DNA from: Mobula hypostoma | Taxonomy: Eukaryota | NCBI RefSeq assembly: GCF_963921235.1 | Contig: NC_086097.1 | Span: 102,364,001 to 102,428,000, forward strand | Length of the DNA: 64,000 nucleotides | Direction of reading: 5' to 3' | Position numbers and translations under genes: made by a program | The notes under the pieces: generated by a model | Seen by the model: the letters and a program-made list of their open reading frames with translations, nothing else | The model's database searches: none | What the model was told of the DNA's origin: nothing | Shown here: positions 37,566 to 50,827 of the stretch, in pieces | Layout of the letters: each line of letters opens with the position of its first letter | Position numbering within the stretch: position 1 is the first letter of the stretch

Positions 37566-40500
37566 AGACCATAAGACAAAGGAGCAGAAGTCGGCCATTC
37601 GGCCCATCGAGTCTGCTCCGCCATTTTATCATGAGCTGATCCATTCTCCCATTTAGTCCCACTCTCCCGCCTTCTCACCATAACTTTTGATGCCCTGGCT
37701 ACTCAGTTACCTATCAATCTCTGCCTTAAATACACCCAATGACTTGGCCTCCACTGCTGCCCGTGGCAACAAATTCCATAGATTCACCACCCTCTGACTA
37801 AAAAAATTTCTTTACATTTCTGTTCTGAATGGGCGCCCTTCAATCCTTAAGTCATGCCCTCTCGTACTAGACTCCCCCATCATGGGAAACAACTTTGCCA
37901 CATCCACTCTGTCCATGCCTTTCAACATTCGAAATGTTTCTATGAGGTCTCCCCTCATTCTTCTAAACTCCAAGGAATACAGTCCAAGAGCGGACAAACG
38001 TTCCTCATATGTTAACCCTCTCATTCTAGTGAATCTTCTCTGCACCCTCTCCAACGTCAGCACATCCTTTCTTAAATAAGGAGACCAAAACTGCCCACGG
38101 TACTCCAAGTGAGGCCTCACCAGCGCCTTATAGAGCCTCAACATCACATCCCTGCTCCTATATTCTATTCCTCCAGAAATGAATGCCAACATTGCATTCG
38201 CCTTCTTCACTACTGACTCAACCTGGAGGTTAACTTTAAGGGTATCCTGTACGAGGACTCCCAAGTCCCGTTGCATCTCAGAATTTTAAATTCTTTCCCT
38301 ATTTAAATAATAGTCTGCCTGTTTATTTTTTCTGCCAAAGTGCATAACCATACACTTTCCAACATTGTACTTCATTTGCCACTTCTCTGCCCATTCTTCC
38401 AATCTATCCAAGTCTCTCTGCAGACTCTCCGTTTCCTCAGCACTACCGGCCCCTCCACCTATCTTCGTATCGTCAGCAAGCTTAGCCACAAAGCCATCTA
38501 TTCCATAATCCAAATCATTGATGTACAATGTAAAAAGAAGTGGCCCCAACATGGACCCCTGTGGAACACCACTGGTAACCGGCAGCCAACCAGAATAGGA
38601 TCCCTTTATTCCCACTCTCTGTTTCCTGCCAATCAGCCAACGCTCTATCCACGTATGTAACTTTCCCGTAATTCCATGGGCTCTTATCTTGTTAAGTAGC
38701 TTCATGTGTGGCACCTTGTCAAAGGCCTTCTGAAAATCCAAATATACAACATCCACTGCATCTCCCTTGTCTAGCCTACTGGTAATTTCCTCAAAAAATT
38801 GTAATAGGTTTGTCAACACACATCAAAGTTGCTGGTGAACGCAGCAGGCCAGGCGGCATCTCTAGGAAGAGGTACAGTCGACGTTTTAGGCCGAGACCCT
38901 TCGTCAGGACTAACTGAAGGAAGAGTTAGTAAGAGATTTGAAAGTGGGAGGGGGAGATCGAAAATGATAGGAGAAGACAGGAGGGGGAGGGATGGAGCCA
39001 AGAGCTGGACAGGTGATTGGCAAAGGGGATATGAAAGGATCATGGGACAGGAGGTCCGGGGAGAAAGACAAGGGGGGGAACCCAGAGGGGGGCAAGGGGT
39101 ATAGTCAGAGGGACAGAGGGAGAAAAAGGAGAGTGAGAGAAAGAATGTGTGTATAAAAATAAATAACGGATGGGGTACGAGGGGGAAAAAATAAATAACG
39201 GATGGGGTACGAGGGGGTTTGTCAGGCAGGATTTTCCTTTAAGGAATCCATGCTGAGTTCTGCCTATCTTGTCATATGCCTCCAGCTACTCTGTAACCTC
39301 ATCCTTGACAATCGACTCCAACAACTTCCCAACCACCGATGTCAAGCTAACAGGTCTATAATTTCCTTTTTACTTCTTTGCCCCCTTCTTAAATAGCGGA
39401 GTGACATTTGCAATCTTCCAGTCCTCTGGAGCCATGCCACAATCTATCGACTTTTGAAAGATCATCGCAAATGCCTCCGCAATCTCCACAGCTACTTCCT
39501 TCAGAACACGCGGGTGCATTCCATCTGGTCCAGGAGATTTATCTACCTTTAGACTATTCAGCTTCCTGAGTACTTTCTCTGTTGTAATTGTGACTGTGCA
39601 CACTTCTCTTCCCTGCCACCCTTGAGTGTCCGATATACTGCTGATGTCTTCCTCAGTGAAGACTGATGCCAAATACTCGTTCAGTTCCTCTGCCATCTCC
39701 TTAACTCCCATTACAATTTCTCCAGCATCATTTTCTATCGGTCCTATATCTACTCTCACCTGTCTTTTACTCTTTATACACTTGAAAAAGATTTTGGTAT
39801 TCTTTTTGATATTATTTGCTAGCTTCCTTTCATAGTTAATCTTTCCCTCTTAATGACCTTCTTGGTTTCCTTTTGTAAGGTTTTAAAAACTTCCCAATCC
39901 TCTGTCTTCCCACTAATTTTTGCCTCCTTGTATGCCCTGTCCTTTGCTTTAACTTTGGCTTTGACTTCTCGTCAACCACGGTTGCATCCTTTTTCCACTC
40001 GAAAATTTCTTCTTTTTTGGAATATACCTGTCTTGCACATTCCTCACTTCTCGCATAAACTCCAGCCACTGCTGCTCTGCTGACTTTCCCACCAGTGTCC
40101 CTTTCCAGTTAACTTTGGCCAGTTCCTCTATCATGCCACTGTAATTTCCTTTACTCCACTGAAATACTGACACATCAGATTTCGGCTTCTCTTTTTCTAA
40201 TTTCACAGTGAACTCAATCATGTTATAATCACTGCCATCTAAGGGTTCCTTCACCTCAATCTCTCTAATCACCTCCGGTTCATTACACAATACCCAATCC
40301 AGTACAGCCGATCCCCCAGTGGGCTCAACAACAAGCTGTTCTAAAAAGCCATCTCGCAGACATTCTACAAATTCTCTCTCTCTTGAGATCCACTGCCGAC
40401 CTGATTTTCCCAATCCACTCGCATGTTAAAATCCCCCACAATTATCATAACACTGCCCTTTTGACAAGCCTTTTCTATTTCCTGTTGTAATTTGTAGTCC

Positions 40501-41607
40501 ACATCCCTGCAGCTGTTTGGAGGCCTATAAATAACTGCCATCAGGGTCCTTTTACCCCTGCTATTTCTTAGCTCAACCCATAAAGATTCTGCACCTTCCA
40601 ATCCTACATCACCTCTTTCTAATGATTTAATATCATTTCTTACCAATAAAGCCACGCCTCCCCCTCTGCCTACCTTCCTATCTTTCCGATACACTGTGTA
40701 TCCTGTACATTCAGCTCCCAGAGACATGCATCCTTTAGCCACGTCTCAGTGATGGCCACAATATCATACCTGCCAATCTGCAGCTGTACGACAAGATCAT
40801 CCACCTTATTCCTTATGCTGCATGCATTTAAGAACAACAACTTAAGACCAGTATTTGGTACTTTTCACTTTGATTTCACTGCAACTTTATTGCACTGCAA
40901 CTCATCCCAATGGCTACAAATTTGCCCCATCACCTGCCTGTCTTTCCTGATATCTTTACTGCTCACTACCTTGGATTTATTTCTGTTTTCCCCTTCCTCC
41001 GCTCTGTCATTCCGGTTCCCATCCCCCTGCCAAATTAGTTTAAACCCTCCCTAACAGTTCTATTAAACCTTCCCTCCAGGATATCGGTCCCCTTCGGGTT
41101 CAGGTGTAACCTGTCCTTTTTGAACAGGTCATACTTCCCCCAGAAGAGATCCCAATTATCCAATAATCTGAAGCCCTGCCCCCTACACTAGACTCTCAGC
41201 CACACATTCATCTGCCTGATCCTACTATTCTTGCCCTCACTAGCACGTGGCACAGCTATCAATCCCGAGATTACTACCCTGGAGGTCCTGCTTCTCAGCT
41301 TCCTTCCTAACTCCCAGAAATCCCTCTTCAGGACCTCCTCCTTTGTCCTATGTATGTCATTGGTACCAACATGTACCAAGACAACTGGCTGCTCACCCTC
41401 CCCCTTCAGGATATTCAGGACCCGATCCGAGACATCCCGTACCCTGGCACCTGGGAGGCAACACACCATGCGGGTATCTCTATCAAGCTCACAGAATCTC
41501 CTGTCCTGTCCATTCCCCTGACTATGGAATCCCCTACGACTACCGCATTTCTCTTCTCCCTCCTTCCCTCCTGCACAACAGCGCCAGGCTCAGTGCCAGA
41601 GACCCGG
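37566..41607 (-). mobile_element. Near full-length CR1 LINE (ORF1 SGNH esterase part plus ORF2 APE-RT), nested in L1
   Basis: TSD TCATTA (37560-37565 and 41608-41613); ORF1 VVVGDSIVRG / VLVHVGTND; ORF2 APE (GGGVALLV, YRPPN, GDFN, SDYN) and RT ([19 protein letters not shown]); several frameshifts. Confidence 0.95.
38816..39215 (-). mobile_element. Penelope-type terminal-repeat insertion interrupting CR1 ORF2
   Basis: 9-bp TSD GGTTTGTCA (38807-38815 and 39216-39224); minus strand AGTCCTGACGAAGGGTCTCGGCCTAAAACGTCGACT. Confidence 0.82.
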
Positions 41608-43705
41608 TCATTAGCTTCTATTTTAGGAGCTTTGCTCCACTTTGCATTAACCAAACTGAATAAACAGATAATTAATCCAATAATTAAACATACAATATGA
41701 ATACGGTTTCAATTTCGCAAATTTTTTGGATTGAACAAATATATTTTCTAGTCCTATTATATCTAATTTGAAAAAATTAGGATTAAATCCCTATCAGAAG
41801 TGCTTAATAGCAGTTTTGTATGATTTAATTACGAAAATATATCTAGGTACATCTGAAAAAATAAAAAATGAATGGGAAAGAGAACTTCAGGTATCTTTAC
41901 CTATAGAGAAATGGGTGAAAATTCTTCAACTAGTTAATATTTCCTCAATGTGTGTTAGACATACACAGATACAATTTAAAATAGTCCACAGGGCTCATAT
42001 ATCTAAGGATAAATCAGCTCATTTTTACCGACGTATAAATCCTGTGTGTGACAGCTGTAACGCTGAGGTGGCCTCTCAGACACATATGTTTTGGTCTTGC
42101 CCTATTTTAGATAAATATTGGAAAGATATTTTTGATATTATTTCAAAAGTTTTGCATATTAATTTAAAATCTCACCTTATTACTGCAATTTTTGGATTAC
42201 CAGTGACAGATGTTGGTCATTTATCCTTTTCAGCTTATGGTCCATGTGCAGGTCAGTGGGACTAGGCAGAAAATGGTTCGGCACGGCCAAGAAAGGCCAA
42301 AAGGCCTATTTCTGTGCTGTAGTTTTCTATAGTTTCTATGGTTTGATTGCATTTGTTACACTAATAGCTAAAAGATCCATCTTACTTAAGTGGAACGATT
42401 CTGATCCTCCTACTACTTTTCAATGGTTTTCTCAAACTATACTATGTTTAAACCTGGAAAAAATTAGGTGTGGTATAGTTGATTTGAAGAAACCTGGAGA
42501 CCATTTATTCAACATTTTCATATGACGTAAGCTGTCCCTTTCAGAAGCTTTTTTTAAAATAATCTTTTGTTTATCTATGGAGGAGCTGAGTTAATGACAA
42601 ATAATGATCTTATCCAAAGGAATAGGACATCCCTGTTTTGTTTTTTTTCCAGTTTAGGGGGTTCTTTATAAAGTTCTTCTTTCATGTTCAATTACTCAGA
42701 GATTGGGAGGCTTGAATTATATATTTTACTCTAATTATGTTTGTATATGTTAACCATTATCAATGCTACACTGATCTCTTTGTATCATTAATATTGTTAT
42801 GTATAGTAATCTGAAACTTAATAAAAAGATTGAAAAAAAAGAACAACAACGTGGTTCCCTAAAAGCGGCCTCACAGGAACACAGGGTGGTAAAGAGGGCT
42901 TTTGGAATACTGGCCTTCATCAGTCAGGATGTCAAGTATAAAAATTGGGATAATATGTTGCAGTTGTGCAAGATGTTGGAATATTGTGCTTAGTTTTGGT
43001 CAGCCTGCCTTAGGAATGCTATTATGCTGGAAAGAGAGCAGAGGAGATTTACGAGGATGTTACTGAGACTTGGGGACTGAGTTATGGAGAGGTTGAGCAG
43101 GCTGGGACTTTATTCATTGGATCGTAAGAGAATGAGGTGATATTATAGGATGCATAAAATCATAAAGGACACAGATAGGGTGAATCATTTAGTCTTTTTC
43201 ACTGAGTTGGGAAATCAAGTAGAGACATAGGTTTAGGGTGGGAAGGGAGAGACTTAATAGGAACTATAGGGCAATATTTTCTTCCCCGCACAGAGGGTAA
43301 TCTATATGGAATGAGTTGTCAGAGGAAGTGGTTGAGGTAGGTGTAGTAACAATATAAGTACATGGTTAGGAAAAGTTTTAAGGGATATGAGCCAAACAGG
43401 ATTTGGTTTTATGAGAAATTACGGATCAGTTGGGCCAAAGGCCATATGTGCATTAGAAGAGACCCCAATTGCCATATCAACTGGGTATATATAAAAAAAC
43501 AAGTACAAGGCTTGACTGCCCACATTGTTATTTTACACAGAAAATAATTGTTGAATGCAAGCTGGAATCTACAGTATGTTAAATAACAGCTAAGCTCAGT
43601 TCCTGTACCTGTCACACAGCTGAAATTAAAATTGTTTCGCTCTAGTCTTACTTAGAGTGAAAAGATAGGCAGAAGCAATATAACTGCAGATAGATTAGCT
43701 CATAC

Positions 43706-43861
43706 CTGATGTGTGTAGAGTGCTTGATCTTTCCCAGCGGTTCATGTACAGGGCTACTATATAGAGTGGATTTTGGATTAGTGATGACAATTACAGGCCA
43801 CTTGTCGAATTTCAGATCCACAAAGCTAAATAGATCATGGTCAAACACCAAAACACGGTAC
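43706..43861 (-). CDS. TMEM62: TMEM62 coding exon (equivalent to exon 8)
   Basis: YRVLVFDHDLFSFVDLKFDKWPVIVITNPKSTLYSSPVHEPLGKIKHSTHI(R). Acceptor tttgctcttggcag, donor GTATGA; 156 nt, phase 2-2. Confidence 0.95.
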
Positions 43862-44839
43862 CTGCCAAGAGCAAACCAACAAGAATGCAGAATTTGGAAG
43901 GTTAGAACTTCGCAGTTAAGCCTAAAGAAACTTTGGTAGAAAAGCAAATTATTTCAGGTATGCTCAGAAGACAAATTTATCTTCCTAGAAGGCATGCCAA
44001 CCTAGCTGAGTAAACAAAACAAGGAAGTTCTTCTCCATTCCTGATTGCTAATGAATTAGTTGGTATCAACTGCCTATAATGGTGGGGTCATCTATTAGGA
44101 AAGGAATTGCTCAAGTTCAACTCATGACCATGTGGCTTAATTTCTTTTTCAGACTTACTGCTACCTTCAATGATGCACTTAGTCTCCCTTAGGCACCTCT
44201 CCTCTGTGTCACTGCTTGTTCCTGGAATCCTTTCCCCTGTGCATACCAGAAGTAGTTTCCCCATCAATAGCCACACCTGTGGTGAAACCTATTATATAAT
44301 CCCTTCTCTACAAGCACCATCTCCAAACTGCACCCTGTCACTTGGCAGGGTTATGCTAAGTATTAGCTGTTTGCTGACGGCAAACCCCCGCTACTAACTA
44401 CCAACTTTGCCACTTACACACCCCAAAACTAAGATCAGGATGATTCAAATATTCTACAACTTTCAAAGTCAACAGAACACTGCACTATCTTCTCTGGCTC
44501 AGTCGCACCACCTTTATTCATTGACGGCACATCAGACTCTAGTGAAAAGTCTTGAATCACACTGAACCCAAAGTCTACTCCTCCCTACTACCAAGGCTGC
44601 TTTCTTTCTCTAACCTCTGCAGCATCCTCCTTTCCTACTCTGCTACTGTACATTCAGCCCTTAGAGCCAAGCTCCTCTGAACTCCTCAATCACAGAATAC
44701 AAAGGGGTGTGTGTTTTCTCTCTACACCCCTACTGATTGGGAACTTATTTAATTTGGTACTTTTTGCTCAATCTTATGCATTAAACAGCCTTCAGAACCA
44801 TACTCCTTAACTCACTTTAAGTTCTACTATCAATTTATA

Positions 44840-45280
44840 AAGTTCAAAGTAAAATTTATTATCAGAGTACATACATGTCACCACGTACAACTCAGGTTCT
44901 TTTTCTTGCAGGCACACTCAGCAAATCTATAGAATAGTAACTGTAAACAGGATCAATGGAAGAGCAAGAGCACAGAAGACAACAAACTGTACAAATGTAA
45001 ATATAAATAAGTAGCAATAAATAACGAGAGCATGATAAAGAGTGCTTAAAGTGAGATCATCTCAATAGGTGAGTGTAGTTATCCTCTTTGTTCAAGAGCA
45101 TGATGGTTGAGAGGTAGGAATTGTTCTTGAACCTGAAGGCGCAAGTACTGAGACACCTGTACCTTCAACCTGATGGCAGCAGTGAAAAAAGAGCATGGCC
45201 TGGGTGGTGAGGATCTTTGACGATGGATACTGCTCTTTTATGACAGTGTTTCATGTAGATATGCTCAATGATTGGGAACA
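44840..45280 (-). mobile_element. Rex1/Babar-type LINE 3' fragment
   Basis: IVKDPHHPGHALFSLLPSG motif; 3' end ...aataaattttactttgaactt on the minus strand. Confidence 0.7.
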
Positions 45281-45669
45281 AAGAACTATTCCACCCTCCA
45301 CTGTGCTCCTGACTATCAGAAGGAGACCTGTTACATCGACCCAAGGACATCAGTGGAACAGGACCTCAGAGTTTCCTTGGAAGACTTTCACAATACATTA
45401 ATGACAAGTAAGCAAAATTTGGGAAATCCCACAATAGTTTAAACCTACTTCCACAATACTGTACTACTGATGACTCACATTCATGTGTCATGAATAGAAT
45501 GACATATTCTCAAAAAATATTGTCAATCACAAGTTAGTCTCTAAATGGAGCATCATGACTTATTGTTCAATAGTACCTCTCAAATCATGCCACACTTTGA
45601 AGGATAAGGATGTCAGCTGAATTAAGTAACTAGAGGTTTTCAAGGTATTGGAGAAAGTGCCAAGAAGGA

Positions 45670-48310
45670 TGAATATTAAGTGAACTTCAACTCTGGTAGA
45701 TGGAATTTAATGCAGACAAGTATGAGGTGCTGCACTTTGGGAGGGCAAACAACGGTAGGACTTACATAGTGAACAGTAAGGCACTGAGGAGTATGGTAGA
45801 AGAGGGATCCAGGGATATAGATCCATAATTCCTTGAAACTGGCATCACAGGTAGATAGGTGGTAAAGAAATTTTTTGGCACATTGGCCTTCATAAATCAA
45901 AGTATTGAGTACAGGAATTGAGATGTTAAGTTGAAGTTGTACAAGACGTTAGTGAGGCCTAATTTGGAGTATAGTGTGTAGTTCTACCTAAAGGAAAGAT
46001 AGCAATAAGTTATCCAAAAGGGTTTCTTAAATCAGCGTGTAGATATTCCAACAAGACAAGGGGCTGTACTGGACTCGGTATTAGGTAATGAGTCTGGTCA
46101 GGTGACTGACCTTTCAGTGGGTGAGTAGTTAGGAACGGTGACCACAATTTCTTAAGTTTTAAGATAGCTATAGATAAGGATAAGTGTGGAGCTTGCAAGA
46201 GTATTAAATTGAAGCAGGGCAAATTACGACAGCAATAATCAGGAACCTGAGAGAGTTAATTGGGAATAGCTGTTTTTGTGCAAGCCCACATTCGACATGT
46301 GGTGGGTGTTTAAAAACAACTGCAGAGAAGACAGGTATGTTCCAGTCAGAAGGGAGAACAAAGATGGCAAAGTAAGAAAACCTTGTGTAATGCTCTGATT
46401 AAGATTTTTACTGCTGTGCTGTAGGAATTTCATTTCAGCAGTTCTGTAAAAGTAGTGTGTTCTGCTTTCAGAATGCTTTGGTTTCAGCTAAAAGATAAGG
46501 GTTTCTGATGTTCAACTTTGTGTCAGCCAATCAGGATGGTGAAACTGGGAGAAAGTTCAGGAGGAGCGGGCTAGAGAGAGATTTGGGACAGACAGTGTGG
46601 CTCATAGGTCTTCTTTTTTGGTGGGAGCTGAGGAGAGAACAGGGGGTGGGGGGGGGGGAGAAAGATAGCTGAGGATGCCGTGGGAAGGAACACCTGTTGC
46701 ACAAGATGCTTTGTGCAGATAAATAATTCCAAGGAGAAAGGGCCAATACTCCCGGGAAAGAGCCTGTTTGTTCAAGATGGTTTTCGAGTGAAGTTTGGGA
46801 GGTGATATGTGCTTTCATGTAGACCGTGGGTCCAGCATGTGAGTATAAGACAACATCAAGATGAGCTCCAATTTTATGTGCACATTTGGACTGGTTCAAC
46901 TGTATTGGGTCCTTTTATTTATTTTCCTTTTCTTTTTCCTACTAACTGTTCAATAAAGCTGAAATTTGCAAATATACTTCCCCGCACAGAGGGTAATCTA
47001 TATGGAATGAGTTGTCAAAGGAAGTGGCTGAAATTTGAAATTTACAACTTTATGCAGTGTACAATTTGTTATTTCTTGCCAACCGACAATTGTGTATGGG
47101 CAATACTTACGCAGCATTCACTCAAATCCAAGCTTCTTTCATCAGAACATCATGACGCACCTGCTTGGTTGAACCCCAGATCATATAGACCCTAGATCCC
47201 TATTGTTTATGAAAGGTTAGCTCCTCACCACTGAGTCCTGTGGCTGTTAGGGGGGCCGGCAACAAGTCAAGTTTCCATAAGAGCCCAGTGAGAGAGTTGT
47301 ACTTTGAGGTAGAGAAAGGTGACGAATTTAGTTAATAAGAAAAAGGAAAATTCTGTAAAGCTTGGGATGCTACAATCAAACAGAAGCCAGGAAAGAACTC
47401 AAGAAAGGAATTAGGAAAGCCAGGAGGATCCATGAAATGTCCTTAGCAAGTAGGATTGAAGAGAACCCGAAGGCATTCTGTACAACAAGAGCAAGAGGAT
47501 AACTAGGGTGAGGGTAGGACTACTCAAGGATGAAAGAGGGAACATTCCCTTGGATGCAGAGGATGTAAGTGAGGTCCTAAATGAGTACATCAGTATTTAA
47601 CAAGGAGAAGGACATGGAGATAGGGTCATCAGTACTGAGTGCATTAATATGTTAGGGCACTTTAAGGGAAAGGGGGATGTAGTGTTGGGTCTTTAGAAAT
47701 AAAATCAAAGTGTTTAAGTCCTCAAGATCTGATGTAATATACCTGAGGCAAATCATGAGATTGCTGGAGCATTGACCTTAAGTCCTCTCTAACCATAGGG
47801 AAGGTCCTGAAGGACTGCCAAGTAGCTAATATTGGTCAATTATTCAAGAAGGGAGCCAGGGTTGATCCTGGAAACTATAGAGACTGGCGAGTCTCACATT
47901 AGTGGAAAAAAGTTACTGAAGAGAATTCTTAGCGATAGGATTTATGAGCATTTGGAAAACCATTGCCTAATTAGAGAGAGCCAAATGGCTTTGTGCAGAG
48001 CAAGTTGTGCCTACTAACTTGATTAAGTTTTTTGACAGGGTGCCAAAGGTGATTGATGAAGGTAGAGCTGTAGAGGTTGCATACGTGGATTTTAGTAAGG
48101 TGTTTGACAAGGTCCTCCGTGGGAGGCTCTTCCAGAAGATTAAGATGCTAGGGATCCATGGTCAATTGGCTGTTTGGCCTCAGAATTGGCCTGCTCATAG
48201 AACACAGAGGGTAGTGGTCCAAGGAACTTTTTCCAGCTGGATTTCTGACATTACCGGTTTTCCGCAGGGATCTGTACTCGGACCTCTGCTGTCTGTGATG
48301 TTTATAAATG
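45670..48310 (+). mobile_element. Cluster of degraded CR1 fragments, interrupted at ~46386-47300 by an unrelated insert
   Basis: ORF 48007-48402 (YVDFSKVFDKV...[10 protein letters not shown]), 47832-48017; APE remnant ~46020-46385. Confidence 0.75.
46386..47300 (+). repeat. Unclassified ~0.9-kb insert in CR1, possibly a solo LTR
   Basis: Interrupts CR1 continuity; starts TGTAA and has AATAAA at 46952-46957. The 3' end and TSD are not resolved. Confidence 0.35.
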
Positions 48311-49030
48311 ACAGCCACTTATTTGAGACAACTCATAAAAACAAAAAAATAGAGAAAATAGCCCAGATTCCCTTTGTTTATTTGGGGCACTATGCCACTT
48401 AATTGCGACAGGAGACTGTTGTTGAACAGTTTCTAACGAGTGTCAGATATGCTGTTGGACACTACACCATGACAAGAGTGAACAGTTTTTAAAATAGTAT
48501 CAGTTGCGTGTGCTTGTGTTCAAAAAGCAGTGATTTTTGTCACTGATAGCTGGTGAGAAATGAGCAGCAAGACAATTCAGAACTGCTTTGCTCACTGTGG
48601 TTTCAAGCATTCAAGCTTAGAGCTGCCAGAAATAGCTGGGAGTGAAATTGAAACAACTTCACTACTTCAACAAGTTAGGAGCTACGAAGAATTTGAAGGT
48701 ATCAACAATCATCTTTAATATTACAATGAAAATGAAGATTTGGAGGATGCGATTATCAATAGCATTGTATGAAGACTAGATTATCTACACTAGATGTCAG
48801 TGCTGATTTTATTCACTTACAGTCAATCAAAAGAATGCGACAGCACCACTAATTATTAGGAATTATACACAGTTTTATAATACCAAAGTAATATTGATAG
48901 TGTTCTAATTTGTTCCTTATTTCATTGAAATACTTAATTTGTTACTCAGTTAAATGGCAGTTTGTCTTTTTTATACAGTACATTTTTAATATTTTCCATG
49001 AAACTTTGGCTAATTGGGGTAGCTGCTTAT
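48311..49030 (+). mobile_element. Second, truncated copy of the Tigger/pogo-type element at 28674
   Basis: Shares aaaaagcagtgatttttgtcactgatag...aagacaattc...ttgctcactg and aatgaaaatgaagatttggag blocks with 28674-29399. Confidence 0.75.
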
Positions 49031-49193
49031 CACCAAGGTCAATTTGGTCTTCCAAAATCAGTTCACTAATACATAGCTGTAATAATATATTGTAAGAGCA
49101 TAAAAATCTCAGCGATGGACTATTGAAGCAGTGAATCAAGTTCAAAGCTTTTCTGAAGTACAGTCTTAAATTAGTTATTTCAGAGACTCTAAC

Positions 49194-49316
49194 CTCCGGT
49201 TGTCCATCCAGTCAGCCAGCTCCAGTTCGAGTGTCCCGTGCTCATGCCTGCTGTGTAGAACAGGCATGAAGCCACCTAGTGTATGGAGATGTCCACAGAG
49301 GTATGCAATGGCAGAA
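49194..49316 (-). CDS. TMEM62: TMEM62 coding exon (equivalent to human exon 7); metallophosphoesterase-like domain with GHLH motif
   Basis: Translates (S)SAIAYLCGHLHTLGGFMPVLHSRHEHGTLELELADWMDNR(R), matching human TMEM62 SSAIAYLCGHLHTLGGLMPVLHTRHFQGTLELEVGDWKDNRR as recalled. Acceptor ctctttcacag, donor GTTAGA; 123 nt, phase 2-2. Confidence 0.95.
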
Positions 49317-49509
49317 CTGTGAAAGAGAGGAAAACTTAATGCAATGAGCTCATACACAGGTATAGTTTGTTCCTCTCCTACCCACCACTCAATCCTTTTA
49401 ACATTTGAATGTTTATAGTGAGAAAAAGGGCATTCAGACCTGGAACCTTGAGGGCACGTCAACTGAATCACGGTGCTCAACCTGTTCACAGTGTACTTCC
49501 CTCAAATAA

Positions 49510-49822
49510 TTAAAAGCATCCGTTAGTCTTGCGAGACCATGGATCTGCATCTGGAAAGTCTTCATTCTCCAGCGCGCAGGCCTGGGCAAGGTTGTATGGA
49601 AGACCAGCAGTTGCCCATGCTGCAAGTCTCCCCTCTCCACGACACTGATATTGTCCAAGGGAAGGGCGTTAGGACCCATACAGCTTGGCACCAGTGTCGT
49701 CGCAGAGCACTGTGTGATTAAGTGCCTTGCTCAAAGACACAACACGCTGCCTCGGCTGGGGCTCGAACTCACAACCTTCAGATCGCTAGTCGAATACCTT
49801 AACCACTTGGCCACGTGCCCAC
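49510..49822 (-). mobile_element. tRNA-derived SINE with RTE-like tail (copy 1)
   Basis: Minus strand GTGGCCAAGTGGTTAAGG (A box), GAGTTCGAGCCC (B box), tail CCATGGTCTCGCAAGACTAACGGATGC followed by TTTAA-type repeats; possible TSD AAATAA. Confidence 0.85.
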
Positions 49823-50827
49823 AAATAACCCTATCAGTAATTGAAGTAGGACAATGTAATTCTGATAATGAGTCACTAACCAAGACCAAGATCCTTCATT
49901 TGGTCTCCCATATGGGAGGTCTCCTTTCAGCCTCCACTGTTGCAGAGAAAACAACCCAAGTTTGTCCAACCTCTCCTTTATCACATGCCCTTGAATCCAG
50001 ACAACTTTCTGGTCATTCTCTTCTGCACCCTCTCTAAAACCTTCACATCCTTCCTGTAATAGGGTGTGAATGCAATACTCCAGATGGAGTCTAAAGAGTG
50101 TTATAAGTTAGTAGCACAAGTTCCCGTCTCTTGAACTCAATACCTCAACAAATAAAGGCAAGCATGCCATATATCTTATTTACCATCCCATCAACTAGTG
50201 TACCACATTCAGGGAACAACGGACTAGGACCCCAAGATCTCTCTGAATATCAGCACTATTAAAGATGCTGCCATTTCTGCCCCTTTATAGTTGACTCTCA
50301 GTGTGCAATAGCTCACTTGACCAGATTAAACTCTGCTGCCAATTCTGCAAATGTTTATTATCCTGCTGTATCCTTTGGCATTTCAAAAAGCTTCTCAGTC
50401 TAACCTCTGGAATCTGCAATTGACTGCCAGCCTCATCATCTCTTTAATGGAGCAAACTGAGAATAGGTGCAGCAGCTTGAATGTCTCTCAGCTCAAAGGA
50501 AATGATTTCTCTTCATTATAAATTCCTTTCAATGAACACCTTAAATGATCACAGACCAATTAAAGTTCTGAATATTAAAAGAAACTGCACAGTGAGCATG
50601 AAGAGTCCATCAGCCTTTTTAAAGAGAAAAGCTGAATTAAATTTCTGCCATGGATCTGCACTTCAAAAAGAAGACAATTAGTTCTAGCAGTCCAAGTAAT
50701 CAAAGTTCTGACATTTCCAAATTGCTTATCCAGTGATTTCTATTCGTATCGAAATATAAGCCAAACACTAGGCGGTTCTCAAACATATTCAACAGTGAAT
50801 CAGAGAAGATCTTTTTTTTTTAAACTT

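Larger units (their letters stand above)
36449..42842 (+). mobile_element. L1-clade LINE, 5'-truncated, split by a CR1
   Basis: VISLNAEKAFDRVEWKYL, LFDIALEPLAIA, LPKFLYLFQ, KDGGLAL and a C-terminal CxxC...HMFWSC knuckle; AATAAA at 42820-42825 plus A tail; TSD ACAACAAC (36441-36448 and 42843-42850). A small CR1 3' piece sits at ~42242-42336. Confidence 0.88.
36300..43450 (+). mobile_element. Old CR1 3' fragment (~36300-36448 plus ~42851-43450), split by the L1 insertion
   Basis: ...cctgaggaatgttgtaaaacagaggcctaggagtacaacaac continues as gtggttccctaaaagcggcc...RVVKRAFGILAFISQ after the L1. Confidence 0.7.

Noticed and set aside
46644..46660. Poly-G tract as a functional G-quadruplex
   Set aside because: Simple homopolymer inside a repeat, with no supporting context.
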